Positions 40,932 through 50,859 of a stretch of 64,000 bases of DNA are shown here, piece by piece (the first letter of the stretch is position 1; the number at the start of each line of letters is the position of its first letter). The notes below the pieces were generated by a model. The model did no database searches. It saw nothing but the letters and a program-made list of their open reading frames with translations, and was not told where the DNA came from. Location of the stretch: contig OZ242376.1 of the NCBI GenBank assembly GCA_965209085.1, positions 512,001 through 576,000 of the forward strand, read 5' to 3'. The stretch is from Nitrosopumilaceae archaeon. GTDB lineage: Archaea; Thermoproteota; Nitrososphaeria; Nitrososphaerales; Nitrosopumilaceae. The position numbers were made by a program, and so were the translations under genes.

Positions 40932-41881
40932 ACCGGATATGCGCCGCACATGCGGCAAAACTTTGAACCATCTTGTATATGCCCGTGACAATACGGACAT
41001 TTGCCACCAGTTTCAAGGGCATGATTTTTTCTAAACGCCATGTAATAATACATGGATTCTTTACCACGTAAAATTATACCGTCTTTTCGCCGTACCTCAT
41101 CTCTTTGTGTAAAAAATTTATCATCATCAATTAAACCATCAAAATATCCGCCAAGCCCTGCAGTACCTGCACCATCCTGCATTGCAGCCTTTACTCTCCA
41201 AACTATACTATGAGGTATCTTTGCCTCAAATGCTTTACGCAGTATCCACTTGCCATATCTTTTACCATTCTCATCCCTAACTTTGTATTCAGGACCAATA
41301 GATTTTGCAACTTTAATCACATCCTCATCCAAAAACGGCGAGATAAGAGAAATTCCAATTTTTTCAGCAATTATCTGCGAGGTAAAATGCATTACAGAAT
41401 ATACCCGCTCCAACTCTTCTTGCAATCTCTCAGGATTTAATTTCACCATAAACTTGTACCCTGCAAACAACTCATCGGCCCCATCCCCTGTCATCACCTT
41501 GCTCATACCAAGTTTTTTTGCATTCTCCAACAAAACATACATGACTGTTGCATTGCGTATCTCTATATCATTAAAATTGCCCAAAATATCAACAGTCTTT
41601 TCTGCAGCAGAGGCCAACTCTACAAGGCTAGGCCGCAGCATTTCCAATCTTAAATCAAAGCTTTTAGCACATAGAGTTGAATACTCCAAATCCGGCGCAT
41701 CAAAACCCTCTGCTGCAATGCACAGCGCCAGGGGATTTTCAGATGATCCAAGATGGGCCAATATCGTACTATCAAGTCCCCCAGAGAGGGCAATGCTGTC
41801 AAAATCAGATTTACCAACTGTTCTTTGCAGCACCTCTACCAATCTTTCCACATACCTCATGAGCACTAGATATACGTGCAA
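40928..41881 (-). CDS. Asparagine synthase C-terminal-domain protein
   Basis: LSGGLDS, TGDGADELFAGY, KWILRKAF; C-terminal zinc ribbon. Confidence 0.88.
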   Translation of the reverse strand: MHVYLVLMRYVERLVEVLQRTVGKSDFDSIALSGGLDSTILAHLGSSENPLALCIAAEGFDAPDLEYSTLCAKSFDLRLEMLRPSLVELASAAEKTVDILGNFNDIEIRNATVMYVLLENAKKLGMSKVMTGDGADELFAGYKFMVKLNPERLQEELERVYSVMHFTSQIIAEKIGISLISPFLDEDVIKVAKSIGPEYKVRDENGKRYGKWILRKAFEAKIPHSIVWRVKAAMQDGAGTAGLGGYFDGLIDDDKFFTQRDEVRRKDGIILRGKESMYYYMAFRKNHALETGGKCPYCHGHIQDGSKFCRMCGAYPV

Positions 41882-41912
41882 ACTTTAAATTCTTTTCAAA
41901 CGTGCATCCTGT

Positions 41913-42329
41913 ATGCTTCTCCCTGCGGAAATTGAATCAAAAACCCTCATACCGGCATTGCGAGCAATTATTTCAAAAAACCTCGCATCAAAGCACAAAA
42001 TACGCGAAGATGAGATATCAAAAATGCTCGGCGTAACGCAGGCGGCAATCAGCAACTACATTCGGGGCACGCGCGGGGACCCAAAAATGATAGAGCAAAT
42101 TATGAAAAACGAACAGGTGGCAAAAATGGTAACAGAATTATGCGATGGGCTAGCATCTGAGATGGCATACACTCCTGCAAGTTTGGCCCGGTTTATTGGA
42201 TTGTGCAATTATATCAAATCAAGCCTTATGATATGCGACATACATCACAATCTTGAATCAAACATTGATGAGCAAATATGCAAAGAATGCGAAAATATGC
42301 TCTTAAAAGGTCCAGGCTCCGTCTATTAG
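41913..42329 (+). CDS. HTH transcriptional regulator
   Basis: IPALRA...EISKMLGVTQAAISNY..G.RG. Confidence 0.85.
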   Translation: MLLPAEIESKTLIPALRAIISKNLASKHKIREDEISKMLGVTQAAISNYIRGTRGDPKMIEQIMKNEQVAKMVTELCDGLASEMAYTPASLARFIGLCNYIKSSLMICDIHHNLESNIDEQICKECENMLLKGPGSVY

Positions 42330-42613
42330 GATTTTATCAGAGTAATCTGTATCGTACTAACCATCCGTCCCATAGTCTTTGGCACATCACTGCTAAGGTG
42401 AATTTTTTCAATCCTTGAATTTCCCTTTAAGAGCCTCTCTGTTACAATGTTTGCAACAGTAACTGCACTAGTTATTGTCTCACCGCGCCCATGCAATACC
42501 ACCGTACCATGTTTTCCCAAAATCTGTAAAACATTTATCGCATATCCCATTACCTGCCGACCGTCTTTAACTGTATATTTTGTCAAATCTTTATTTTGCA
42601 CGGACATTGTCAT
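42326..42613 (-). CDS. Alba-family DNA/RNA-binding protein
   Basis: VVLHGRGETITSAVTVA...VSTIQITL. Confidence 0.85.
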   Translation of the reverse strand: MTMSVQNKDLTKYTVKDGRQVMGYAINVLQILGKHGTVVLHGRGETITSAVTVANIVTERLLKGNSRIEKIHLSSDVPKTMGRMVSTIQITLIKS

Positions 42614-42644
42614 GCCCTCTCTCCTATAAGGTTAAAATTATATC

Positions 42645-43118
42645 TCACTTGAAAGCCTCGATGCTAATATTCTGATAGTCTCCGTTTGGTAAAGTTCGTT
42701 TTATTACAATGGGTATTACCTTTGCTTTGAGCTCCTCCATTGCTATATCCAAGGAGGTTTTGGCATGCTCTGGTATGGGTATGAACGTGGGCGCACCAAG
42801 TGAGAGTTGCAATGCCCTAGCCCCTAGTATGCGTGCTTTTTCAAACCGAGTCAAAGTGGGCGGTCCAATTGAGACACTTTTTTCATAGACAATTTCTACA
42901 GGCTCATGTGGGGTATCTGCCTCTACAACGTCGCGCTCTTCGATGATCTTTATCTTCTTCTCCAATTCTACCTGTTGCTCGTCTGTAAGCGTACCCTTAC
43001 TCTCTACCATCTTACGGTACATGTTTAGGGATTTTGCAAGACCTGTATCCATAGCCTTTTCTTTATCTTTATCTTCTTCTACAACAGCATCCTGAGGGAC
43101 ATCGGCATTATCTGACAA
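42645..43118 (-). CDS. rpoK: RNA polymerase subunit Rpo6 (K)
   Basis: LTRFEKARILGARALQLSLGAP. Confidence 0.95.
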   Translation of the reverse strand: MSDNADVPQDAVVEEDKDKEKAMDTGLAKSLNMYRKMVESKGTLTDEQQVELEKKIKIIEERDVVEADTPHEPVEIVYEKSVSIGPPTLTRFEKARILGARALQLSLGAPTFIPIPEHAKTSLDIAMEELKAKVIPIVIKRTLPNGDYQNISIEAFK

Positions 43119-43208
43119 ACATGGCGACTATGAAAAGCTAACTTATAACCGTATATAACAAAAAATGCAAAAACACCCCTCTGTCAATACATATAGGCAC
43201 AACCTCAC

Positions 43209-43649
43209 TTGTATTGCATGGGAAAATCCGGTTTCGCAGATACTGTGCGCAAAACTGTTCTAATTGATGCCCCACCTGCCAAAGTCTGGAAAATTATATC
43301 CAAAATAACAAACCTCTGGTGGGTTGCCGGCGTTGCAAAGACTTCATACCTTGCAGGCCCATCTAGCAAATTTGGCGCCGGCCGGGTGATATCCACTGAT
43401 GCCGGATCTGAGATTATAGAGGTGATTACCGGATGGAAGGTAAATGAATACATTTCCTATGTTGCCCTCTCAGGCTTGGATATTTCAGCATATCATGCTA
43501 CAATATCACTTGAGCAAAAGACTAAGAAAACTCGCATCGCATGGGAGTCAGTCTTTGCAGATAAAGATGAGAATAAAGTTGAGGTTTTTAAAAAAGAGAT
43601 TGCCAAATTTTATGCAAAATCCCTAAATACGCTGCGGGTAAGATTTTAA
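43209..43649 (+). CDS. SRPBCC/polyketide-cyclase-fold protein
   Basis: IDAPPAKVW..I......W...GAGR. Confidence 0.8.
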   Translation: MYCMGKSGFADTVRKTVLIDAPPAKVWKIISKITNLWWVAGVAKTSYLAGPSSKFGAGRVISTDAGSEIIEVITGWKVNEYISYVALSGLDISAYHATISLEQKTKKTRIAWESVFADKDENKVEVFKKEIAKFYAKSLNTLRVRF

Positions 43650-44605
43650 AGATTTCCACTGTTAATGTCTTGCAGACATTTTACAACATTTTCCTTTGAT
43701 ATTGAAATCGGGTTTGGATCCAAATGTCCCCTGTCAGTCATTACAGTATCAGCTGCTTTTTCAACGTCCGCCTTTAACTGCATTTTCTCAAAGCCAAGTT
43801 TCTTGACAATTTCCTTGAATTGTTCGTAAAACTGTGACTTGTTGTGTTTGTGCGCTACAGTAGTGCATGATGAGAGCGAATATCCGTGCGGAACACCCTC
43901 GTTTGAGAATACATACGATAATGCATGACCCAATGTTGTAGAGCAGTTTCCAAATCCAATGCCAGACAGCATTGAACCGTACGGATACATTTCCGGTTTA
44001 TCATTTATAATTGCATCATATAGCACATCAAACGCCTGTTTGCACATTGTACGGGTAAAATCATTTCCAAGTTTGCTGTCATACCCTTCGGTTGCCTGCG
44101 CGCACGCATCGCATACAGAATTGTTTACAATCTGTTGTGGCGTACCCTCCATAAAGTATGAATCAACAACTGCCATATCTGCTAGAAATTTATCCTCTCT
44201 GAGCAGTTTCTTTTTTCCATCAAATTTTAGCACGCAATACGTGGTCATTTCAGCTCCTGTACCAAAAGTTGTAGGGATGAGAATCTTCTCCTTGCCCATC
44301 TCCGGAGCTGAGTATTTTACAACATCCATAGAGCTCCCTCCCCCAAGACCGATTATCACTGATGGATCTTTTGATTTAAACTCTGATATCACTCCGTTTA
44401 CATCATTAATGGACGGCTCTGGTGTTACCTTGTCATACAGCATGTAATCCTCTATTCCCATGCGGTCAAGCCACTTGCCTGAGAGTGCCGGAGGCGCTGT
44501 TGTAACAACTAGGGCGTTTTTTGGGTATTTGGCCTCTGATAGGGCATTTTTGCCAAAATTGATCACTTTGGGTATTTTAAGCGTGTTCACAATCTTTATC
44601 CTCAT
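43646..44605 (-). CDS. Iron-containing alcohol dehydrogenase (candidate semialdehyde reductase of the 3HP/4HB cycle)
   Basis: GLGGGSSMD, IPTT.GTGAE, H..S...PHG; pathway role is inference. Confidence 0.88.
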   Translation of the reverse strand: MRIKIVNTLKIPKVINFGKNALSEAKYPKNALVVTTAPPALSGKWLDRMGIEDYMLYDKVTPEPSINDVNGVISEFKSKDPSVIIGLGGGSSMDVVKYSAPEMGKEKILIPTTFGTGAEMTTYCVLKFDGKKKLLREDKFLADMAVVDSYFMEGTPQQIVNNSVCDACAQATEGYDSKLGNDFTRTMCKQAFDVLYDAIINDKPEMYPYGSMLSGIGFGNCSTTLGHALSYVFSNEGVPHGYSLSSCTTVAHKHNKSQFYEQFKEIVKKLGFEKMQLKADVEKAADTVMTDRGHLDPNPISISKENVVKCLQDINSGNL

Positions 44606-44770
44606 GTATATTCTTATTATACTTTACAATCCATAATTTGTCTAAAACATGGGTTGCTTTGTGTAAAAATCCTTGGTGTTTTTTATTAATTGATATAGGT
44701 GCAAATTACGTACAAGTGCATCATTTTGACTGTTTTAAGATGTGATTGTATTTTTTTTGAATCTTTACAG

Positions 44771-45251
44771 CTGCTGATCTTACCCCATCGGTTCGCAATT
44801 CAGCAGATGTGGTCCATCACGGACATGTAACAAAAAGAGGAAAGCTGAATGATGCGGTGGCCATTGGTGGAATCTGTTACCACCCATGTCCGATTTGCAT
44901 CAGAGAGTAACATTTCTGAATTTTACTGACGTCTTGCAAAAAATAGAGGATCATCCAAGGCCAAAGTTGCAGCAGCCAAGATGCTTGATGTCATATTTTG
45001 TATACTAAAGGATAGGAGTGAATTTGAAATAAATCATAGTTAAAGCAACAAACCGCGGGTTAGATTTTGGGGATGTTACCCCTGCTGCATAATTGCGGTA
45101 AGCTTTAACATGTGGATAAAGATGGTTGTGGGATTAAATCCCGAATGGATAGATGTCTTTTTATTTTTTGACTGGAAACAGACACATAGCGAAAGCCATA
45201 CCGCATGACACAAAAAATCAAGAAACATTTAAAAAGTATTCACACGGATAA
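44771..45251 (+). mobile_element. Truncated IS110-family copy (transposase 3' end, non-coding region and right end)
   Basis: Colinear with 49160-49642; carries a frameshift and a premature TGA. Confidence 0.9.
45038..45170 (+). ncRNA. Predicted bridge RNA, second (variant) copy
   Basis: Same stems and guides as 49431-49560; several substitutions preserve pairing. Confidence 0.6.
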
Positions 45252-45291
45252 ACTTTATTAGCTTTATATACTAGTTTTACTTTACAATAAT

Positions 45292-45504
45292 ATGAACGTT
45301 GGAATAATAGGTATGGGATTATTTTTTACTGGACTAGGGCTTAGTTTGTTATCTGTGTGTATTCAAAATGAGGTAGGTGGATTTCAATATTCTATCAATC
45401 CAAAAGTAGGTGGTATGTTACTCGATACTATTGGAATAGCCATAATGGCATTAGGTGCAGTATTATTAGGTATAATCATATCTAAAAAAGCAAATATTAA
45501 GTAA
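45292..45504 (+). CDS. Small two-TM hypothetical protein
   Basis: 70 aa, two hydrophobic stretches; TATA-like CTTTATATA upstream. Confidence 0.6.
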   Translation: MNVGIIGMGLFFTGLGLSLLSVCIQNEVGGFQYSINPKVGGMLLDTIGIAIMALGAVLLGIIISKKANIK

Positions 45505-45725
45505 AAATTCCAATTATGATAATACAATACTTCAATCTAAATTATGTAATATTATAATAGACCTTGTGCATATCAATCACTAAAACATACGATTCCGACT
45601 ATGACGCTGTCATGATCAAAGTACACATGGCCTAAAACCTTCAAGCAGACAACAAAATAAATCAAAATATCATATGCATGACAAAAAAACAGAATATTAT
45701 ACGTGATCGTGTGCACAAAGATGTG

Positions 45726-46877
45726 CTACTTGATTTGAGGGCAGACTTTTTCCAACGGTTCGATATACTTGCGATCCTTTAACATGATGTGCAGGTTGGT
45801 CAGTCCTGTAACCACTTGGATTTCTGTATAAAACGCATCCATTGTGTCATCATATATGGTACTCATTCTACGGAACCATTTGAGCCGGTTTATGGCATGC
45901 TCTACTTTTATGCGCTTACGACTGATTCTCTTGCTGTATTCGCGTTCTGTCTCTGTCAATCCTCTGCCCTTTGGTTTTTTGTACGGTTGCTTTGAGATAA
46001 TTCCAGGATAGTCTTTTTCCACGGACAAGTATCCCTTGTCAGTATATAGCATAATTTGTCGCTCTTTGTTTGTATCCGAATTTTTCATGCCATCGGTCCA
46101 TTTGCCAAAATTTGGCGGATTACGTCGCAGTACCTCCATGTCATGTACTGAACCCTCTTCGGGTCCGCCAATGTCAAGTACCAGCCCGTCTTTGTTTGAG
46201 GTTATCTGTACGTTGTAGACGTGCCTCTTACGCTTTCCAGAGTATACTACCTCTTGGTTCTCCTGCGGTCTTTGAACCTGCACAAATGTGGCATCAAGAT
46301 ACAGCTCGCCACCGCCCCTGCCTGATGCGAATTTTTTAAACGACTCGATGGTACGCTCTTCCCGTATCGCAGCACCAACATTCTTAGCCGTTGGAAGAAT
46401 ATTCATCAACAGCTCATCAGCAAATACCAGATATCTGCTGATGGTACTCTGATCAACGCCTGCAATGGCTGCAAGCATTTCCTGTTTGGGGTTATTGCGC
46501 TTGCGGCATAGTGCGACAAACAAAATTTGTGGTGCAGTAAGAATACAGGTGTTTCCCGGATCGTCGACATATTCTGAAAAGCGAGGGGTTTCTGGCGAGT
46601 CTTCAACGGCATTTATGAACCGTTTCTGAATCCATTCAAATTCTTCACGATCCATTCCAGTCATCCCGTATAGATAATTGTCATCATCAACCATATGGTT
46701 CAAGTATTCATAAGCAGATTGTTTTTCGGTCTTATCCCCATCTATCATTTTTTTGTAGCGTTGGTTTTCTGCTTCAAGTTTGGAGATTCTTTTTTCCAAC
46801 TTGGAGATTATACGTTTGTCTGTAGCACACATGCTGTGTGATTGTAATACTTGATCATAGATCTTTCGATTTGCCAA
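45726..46877 (-). CDS. IS5-family transposase (copy 2)
   Basis: Same DDE motifs as 31753-32907. Confidence 0.92.
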   Translation of the reverse strand: MANRKIYDQVLQSHSMCATDKRIISKLEKRISKLEAENQRYKKMIDGDKTEKQSAYEYLNHMVDDDNYLYGMTGMDREEFEWIQKRFINAVEDSPETPRFSEYVDDPGNTCILTAPQILFVALCRKRNNPKQEMLAAIAGVDQSTISRYLVFADELLMNILPTAKNVGAAIREERTIESFKKFASGRGGGELYLDATFVQVQRPQENQEVVYSGKRKRHVYNVQITSNKDGLVLDIGGPEEGSVHDMEVLRRNPPNFGKWTDGMKNSDTNKERQIMLYTDKGYLSVEKDYPGIISKQPYKKPKGRGLTETEREYSKRISRKRIKVEHAINRLKWFRRMSTIYDDTMDAFYTEIQVVTGLTNLHIMLKDRKYIEPLEKVCPQIK

Positions 46878-47668
46878 AATTGATTTTTTGGTTAATATGC
46901 ATAACCATATGTGAAGGGATCTTCTAAGACCACAGATGGTTGTAAGAATGTCAAACGATCCGTATCACCGAAACGTAAATCATCTAAAAAAGATCCAAAT
47001 GCAAACAAACAGATTACCACATATTCTGGGAAGAATATGTTTGTTGGAATGGACGTTCACAAGAAATTTCTTCAAGTTGCAATGATGGATAAAAAAGCCA
47101 AAGTGATTTTTAATGAGAGGATTGAAAATGAAAACAAGTCCATCAGCCGATTCTTCAGATCAAGTGTACCTGAAAATGCAAAAATCGTAATGGAATCTTC
47201 GTCCGTATGGTACGGATTATATCGATACATGACAGATAAAATGGGTTATGATGTCGTATTGTCAAATCCATGGGCGACAAAAATCATCGCCGCATCCAAG
47301 AAAAAGACCGACAAGAGGGATGCTGTAACACTTGCAGACCTATTACGGTGCGGATACATATCCCTCTGTCATGTCTCAAACAAGGACATAGTGGAACAAC
47401 GGCAACTTGTACGATATCGCGACAGTCTTGTCAAGACAAGAACAACTCTAAAAAACAAAATACATGGAATTTTGTTACAGGGAGGGATAAAGATCTTTGG
47501 AGCAACATTTACGCTTACATACAATAGAAAACTGCGTTCTCTAAAGGATTACCGTATAAACGGATATTTGGATTCTATTGGATTCGTTAATACAAAAATT
47601 GCAGACTCAAACATAAAAGTACACAACGCATCCTGTTCAAACAAGGATGCAATGTTGCTCAAGACAAT

Positions 47669-49068
47669 AGACCTCATGCATAATTAACTAAAAAATCAAT
47701 TTTGGCAAATCGAAAGATCTATGATCTAGTATCATGTGAGCATAGCATGTGCAAATCAGACAAACGCATGATCTCTAAACTGGAAAAGACGATCTTAAAG
47801 ATGGAAAAGACGATCCTAAAGATGGAAAAGAATAGCTCCAGGCAGGAATCAGAAATTCAACACTACAAAAAGATGGCACAGAGTAGCAATGATGACAAAA
47901 GACAACATGTCGATAAATATTTGAACAAGGGAATTGGGAATGATGTTCATCTATATGAAATGACAGGAATGAACCGTGAAGAATTTGAATGGATTCTAGA
48001 ACGGTTCAAAAAAACCGTAGAAAATTCATCAGAGATTCCCCGCTTTTCAGAATATGTGGACGATCCTGGAAACACCTGTATCCTTACCGTAAAGCAAGTT
48101 TTGTTTATCGTATTGTGCCGCAAACGCAATAATCTCAAACAGGGAGCACTTGCGTTCATTGCAGACGTTGATCAGAGCACCATTAGCAGATATCTGACAT
48201 TTTCTGATGAACTATTGATGGATATTCTTCCAACGGCTAAGAATATTGGTGCTGCAATACGGACAATACGTACAAGCGAGTTGTTTAAAAAATTCGTACC
48301 CGGCAGAGGCGGCGGCGAGCTATATCTTGATGCCACGTTTGTACAGGTTCAAAGACCGCAGGAGAATCAAGAAACAGTATACTATTCTGGAAAGCGCAAA
48401 AGGCACGTCTACAGCATACAGATAACCTCCAACAAAGATGGAGTGGTAAATGACATTGGCGGTCCAGAAGAGGGCTCAGTACATGACATGGAGGTACTGC
48501 GGCGTAATCCGCCAAATTTTGGCAAATGGACCGATGGCATGAAAAACTCTGATACAAAAAAAGAGCGCCAAATTACACTCTACACCGACAAGGGATACTT
48601 GTCCGTGGAAAAAGACTATCCTGGAATTATCTCAAAGCAGCCATACAAAAAACCAAAGGGTAGGGGATTGACAGAGACAGAACGCGAATATAGCAAGAGG
48701 ATCAGTCGTAAGCGCATAAAAGTAGAGCATGCCATAAACCGGCTCAAATGGTTTCGCAGAATGAGTGCCGTATATGATGACACAATGGATGCATTTTATA
48801 CAGAAATCCAAGTGGTTACAGGACTGACCAATCTGCACATCATGTTAAAGGATCGCAAGTATATCGAACCGTTGGAAAAAATTTGCCCTCAAATCAAGTA
48901 GCACATCTTTGTGCACACGGTTACGCATAATATTCTGCTTTTTGTCATGCATATGATATTTTGATTTATTTTGTTGTCTGCTTGAAGGTTTTAGGCCATG
49001 TGTACTTTGATCATGACAGTGTCATAGTAGGAACCGTATGTCTTTGCAGTTGATTATGCATGAACTCT
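47669..49068 (+). mobile_element. ISL2-like element, copy 3 (1400 bp, intact)
   Basis: TIRs AGACCTCATGCATAAT / ATTATGCATGAACTCT; 3-bp TSD AAT. Confidence 0.95.
47702..48901 (+). CDS. IS5-family transposase (copy 3)
   Basis: DDE motifs; 21-bp N-terminal tandem duplication (EKTILKM). Confidence 0.93.
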   Translation: MANRKIYDLVSCEHSMCKSDKRMISKLEKTILKMEKTILKMEKNSSRQESEIQHYKKMAQSSNDDKRQHVDKYLNKGIGNDVHLYEMTGMNREEFEWILERFKKTVENSSEIPRFSEYVDDPGNTCILTVKQVLFIVLCRKRNNLKQGALAFIADVDQSTISRYLTFSDELLMDILPTAKNIGAAIRTIRTSELFKKFVPGRGGGELYLDATFVQVQRPQENQETVYYSGKRKRHVYSIQITSNKDGVVNDIGGPEEGSVHDMEVLRRNPPNFGKWTDGMKNSDTKKERQITLYTDKGYLSVEKDYPGIISKQPYKKPKGRGLTETEREYSKRISRKRIKVEHAINRLKWFRRMSAVYDDTMDAFYTEIQVVTGLTNLHIMLKDRKYIEPLEKICPQIK

Positions 49069-49430
49069 AATACCTGGCATAGGTGATTTTATTTCATTGA
49101 TACTGGCAGCAGAGATTGATGGAGTTGAGAGGTTTTCTGAACCAAAACAACTCAAATCATATGCAGGTCTTGCCCCATCGGTTCGCAATTCAGCAGATGT
49201 GGTCCATCACGGACATGTAACAAAAAGAGGAAGCAGGATGATGCGGTGGGCACTGGTGGAAGCTGTTACCACCCATGTCCGATTTGCATCAGAGAGTAAC
49301 ATTTCTGAATTTTACCGGCGTCTTGCAAAAAAGAGAGGATCATCCAAGGCCAAAGTTGCAGCAGCGGCCAAGATGCTTGATATCATATTTCGTATGCTAA
49401 AGGATAGGAGTGAATTTGAAATACATCATA

Positions 49431-49560
49431 GTTAAAGCAACAAACCGCGAGTTAGAGTTTGGGGATGTTACCCCGTTGCATAACTGCGGTAAGCTTTAAC
49501 ATGTGGACGAAGATGGTTGTGGGGTTAAATCCCGAATGGATAGATGTCTTTTTACCTTTT
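49431..49560 (+). ncRNA. Predicted IS110 bridge RNA (target-binding and donor-binding loops)
   Basis: Stems GTTAAAGC/GCTTTAAC, ACCGC/GCGGT, GGGG/CCCC, GGACG/TGTCT, GGG/CCC; loops match the reconstructed target and donor junctions; T-rich run follows. Confidence 0.75.
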
Positions 49561-49650
49561 GACTGGAAACAAACACATAGCGAAAGCCATACCGCATGAC
49601 ACAAAAAAGCAAGAAACCTTTAAAAAGTATTCACATGGATAAACTCTATT

Positions 49651-49853
49651 GAACCGTTGGAAAAAGTCTGCCCTCAAATCAAGTAGCACATCTTTGTGCA
49701 CACGGTCACGCATAATATTCTGCTTTTTGTCATGCATGTGACATTTTGATTTATTTTGTTGTCTGCTTGAAGGTTTTAGGCCATGTGTACTTTGATCATG
49801 ACAGTGTCATAGTAGGAACCGTATGTCTCAGGGATTGATTATGCATGAACTCT
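49651..49853 (+). mobile_element. 3'-end fragment of the ISL2-like element
   Basis: Matches 48866-49068 including the TIR ATTATGCATGAACTCT. Confidence 0.88.
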
Positions 49854-49946
49854 AATATGTTGAACGTTTTCTTCAATTATTGGTCAATAATGGTTGGGGG
49901 AATTAAATTTATAATCACCTTGAATCTTTGTATGTGCAAAGATAAT

Positions 49947-50660
49947 TTAGGACTTTGGATAATAGCGACAATAAAATTTCCACCACAATTTCCAATATTT
50001 AGATCTATTTTCCCAACCTTGTAATATTTGTTCGATATAAATTAAAGCATCATGTTTTGTTTTTTTAATTATATATTTTTGCAATGGATTAAAACGTAGT
50101 TTATTATATTCATTATAAATACCTCTTATCCCTGATCTAAAAATATTCAAATTTGACCAAAAATATTTTGCATCTTTTTTATAATTAATTATTTTAATTT
50201 TTAATGATTTTTTTTCAAAATAATCTACATCTGTAATTAGTAATCCATCATTTAATAAATACGATATGCATTGTTTTAATATTTTATATCTTCTAACTCC
50301 AGTTACATATAGTACTGCTTTACTACATATTACAATATTTGCCTTTGGTCCTTTGTATGATAAGTTAAGAATATCTTCATTTATAAATTCATCACAATTT
50401 TTTTTTGCTTTATTTTTAATATTTTTTTTCTTAGTAACGTCAATGCCTATAATATATGGGTTAATATTCTCCCTTTTTATTCTCTCACGTGAATCATTTA
50501 TTGCTACTCCAGTAGAACAACATGCATCAATAATTACTGGAGATGTTAATTTTTTATCTTTTAAATATTCCATTATTAACTTATCGATTCCAGTGTATTC
50601 ATACCTGTTACTATATGTAGTAGTATTCTTCCAATTTCCATCTGACATAATATGTGACAT
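49947..50660 (-). CDS. Class I SAM-dependent methyltransferase-like protein
   Basis: IIDACCSTG, IIGIDV, NIVICS, L..DGLLI; very AT-rich. Confidence 0.7.
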   Translation of the reverse strand: MSHIMSDGNWKNTTTYSNRYEYTGIDKLIMEYLKDKKLTSPVIIDACCSTGVAINDSRERIKRENINPYIIGIDVTKKKNIKNKAKKNCDEFINEDILNLSYKGPKANIVICSKAVLYVTGVRRYKILKQCISYLLNDGLLITDVDYFEKKSLKIKIINYKKDAKYFWSNLNIFRSGIRGIYNEYNKLRFNPLQKYIIKKTKHDALIYIEQILQGWENRSKYWKLWWKFYCRYYPKS

Positions 50661-50687
50661 TGTATTCCAATATATTATTGTATGTGA

Positions 50688-50850
50688 TTATAGTCCCGAT
50701 TCAACGAATAATTTCCTCCAACGACTGAACGTCATCGGATTGATATTGTGCTTGCAGCACAGCTCTACGTGGATATTGCGTATGTTTATTGACTCCATGA
50801 TGATACACACCTTTTCATCTGGAGCATGATGTGGTTTTTTCATTGACAAA
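50688..50850 (-). pseudogene. IS3 OrfA fragment
   Basis: IIMESIN...ELCCKHNINP..F.RW, homologous to 39012-39302. Confidence 0.75.
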
Positions 50851-50859
50851 TCCACTTTC

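Larger units (their letters stand above)
46911..49435 (+). pseudogene. IS110 DEDD recombinase interrupted by an IS5 element
   Basis: VGMDVHK, MES, KTDKRDA; removing 47669-49071 restores LKTIPGIG...LAAEI and GLAPSVRNSA (up to 373 aa). Confidence 0.93.
46904..49641 (+). mobile_element. IS110-family (IS1111-like) element, ~1335 bp without the nested IS
   Basis: ATAA at both junctions (46901-46904, 49639-49642); subterminal IRs ATGTGAA (46909) / TTCACAT (49630); ~200-nt 3' non-coding region. Confidence 0.9.
45559..49647 (-). mobile_element. ISL2-like element, copy 2, TIR split by IS110
   Basis: End AGACCTTGTGCATA at 45559; other TIR reconstitutes as TATGCATAA|ACTCT from 46896-46904 plus 49643-49647. 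Confidence 0.85.

Noticed and set aside
46934-46943. AGATGGTTGT near the IS110 left end is identical to the donor-loop guide region
   Set aside because: No matching right-guide site beside it; the end junction explains both guides, so it is treated as coincidence.
47664-47672. Alternative 2-bp TA target duplication for the ISL2-like family
   Set aside because: Three insertions show matching 3-bp AAT/ATT flanks, and only the 3-bp model restores the IS110 consensus KTIPGIG.
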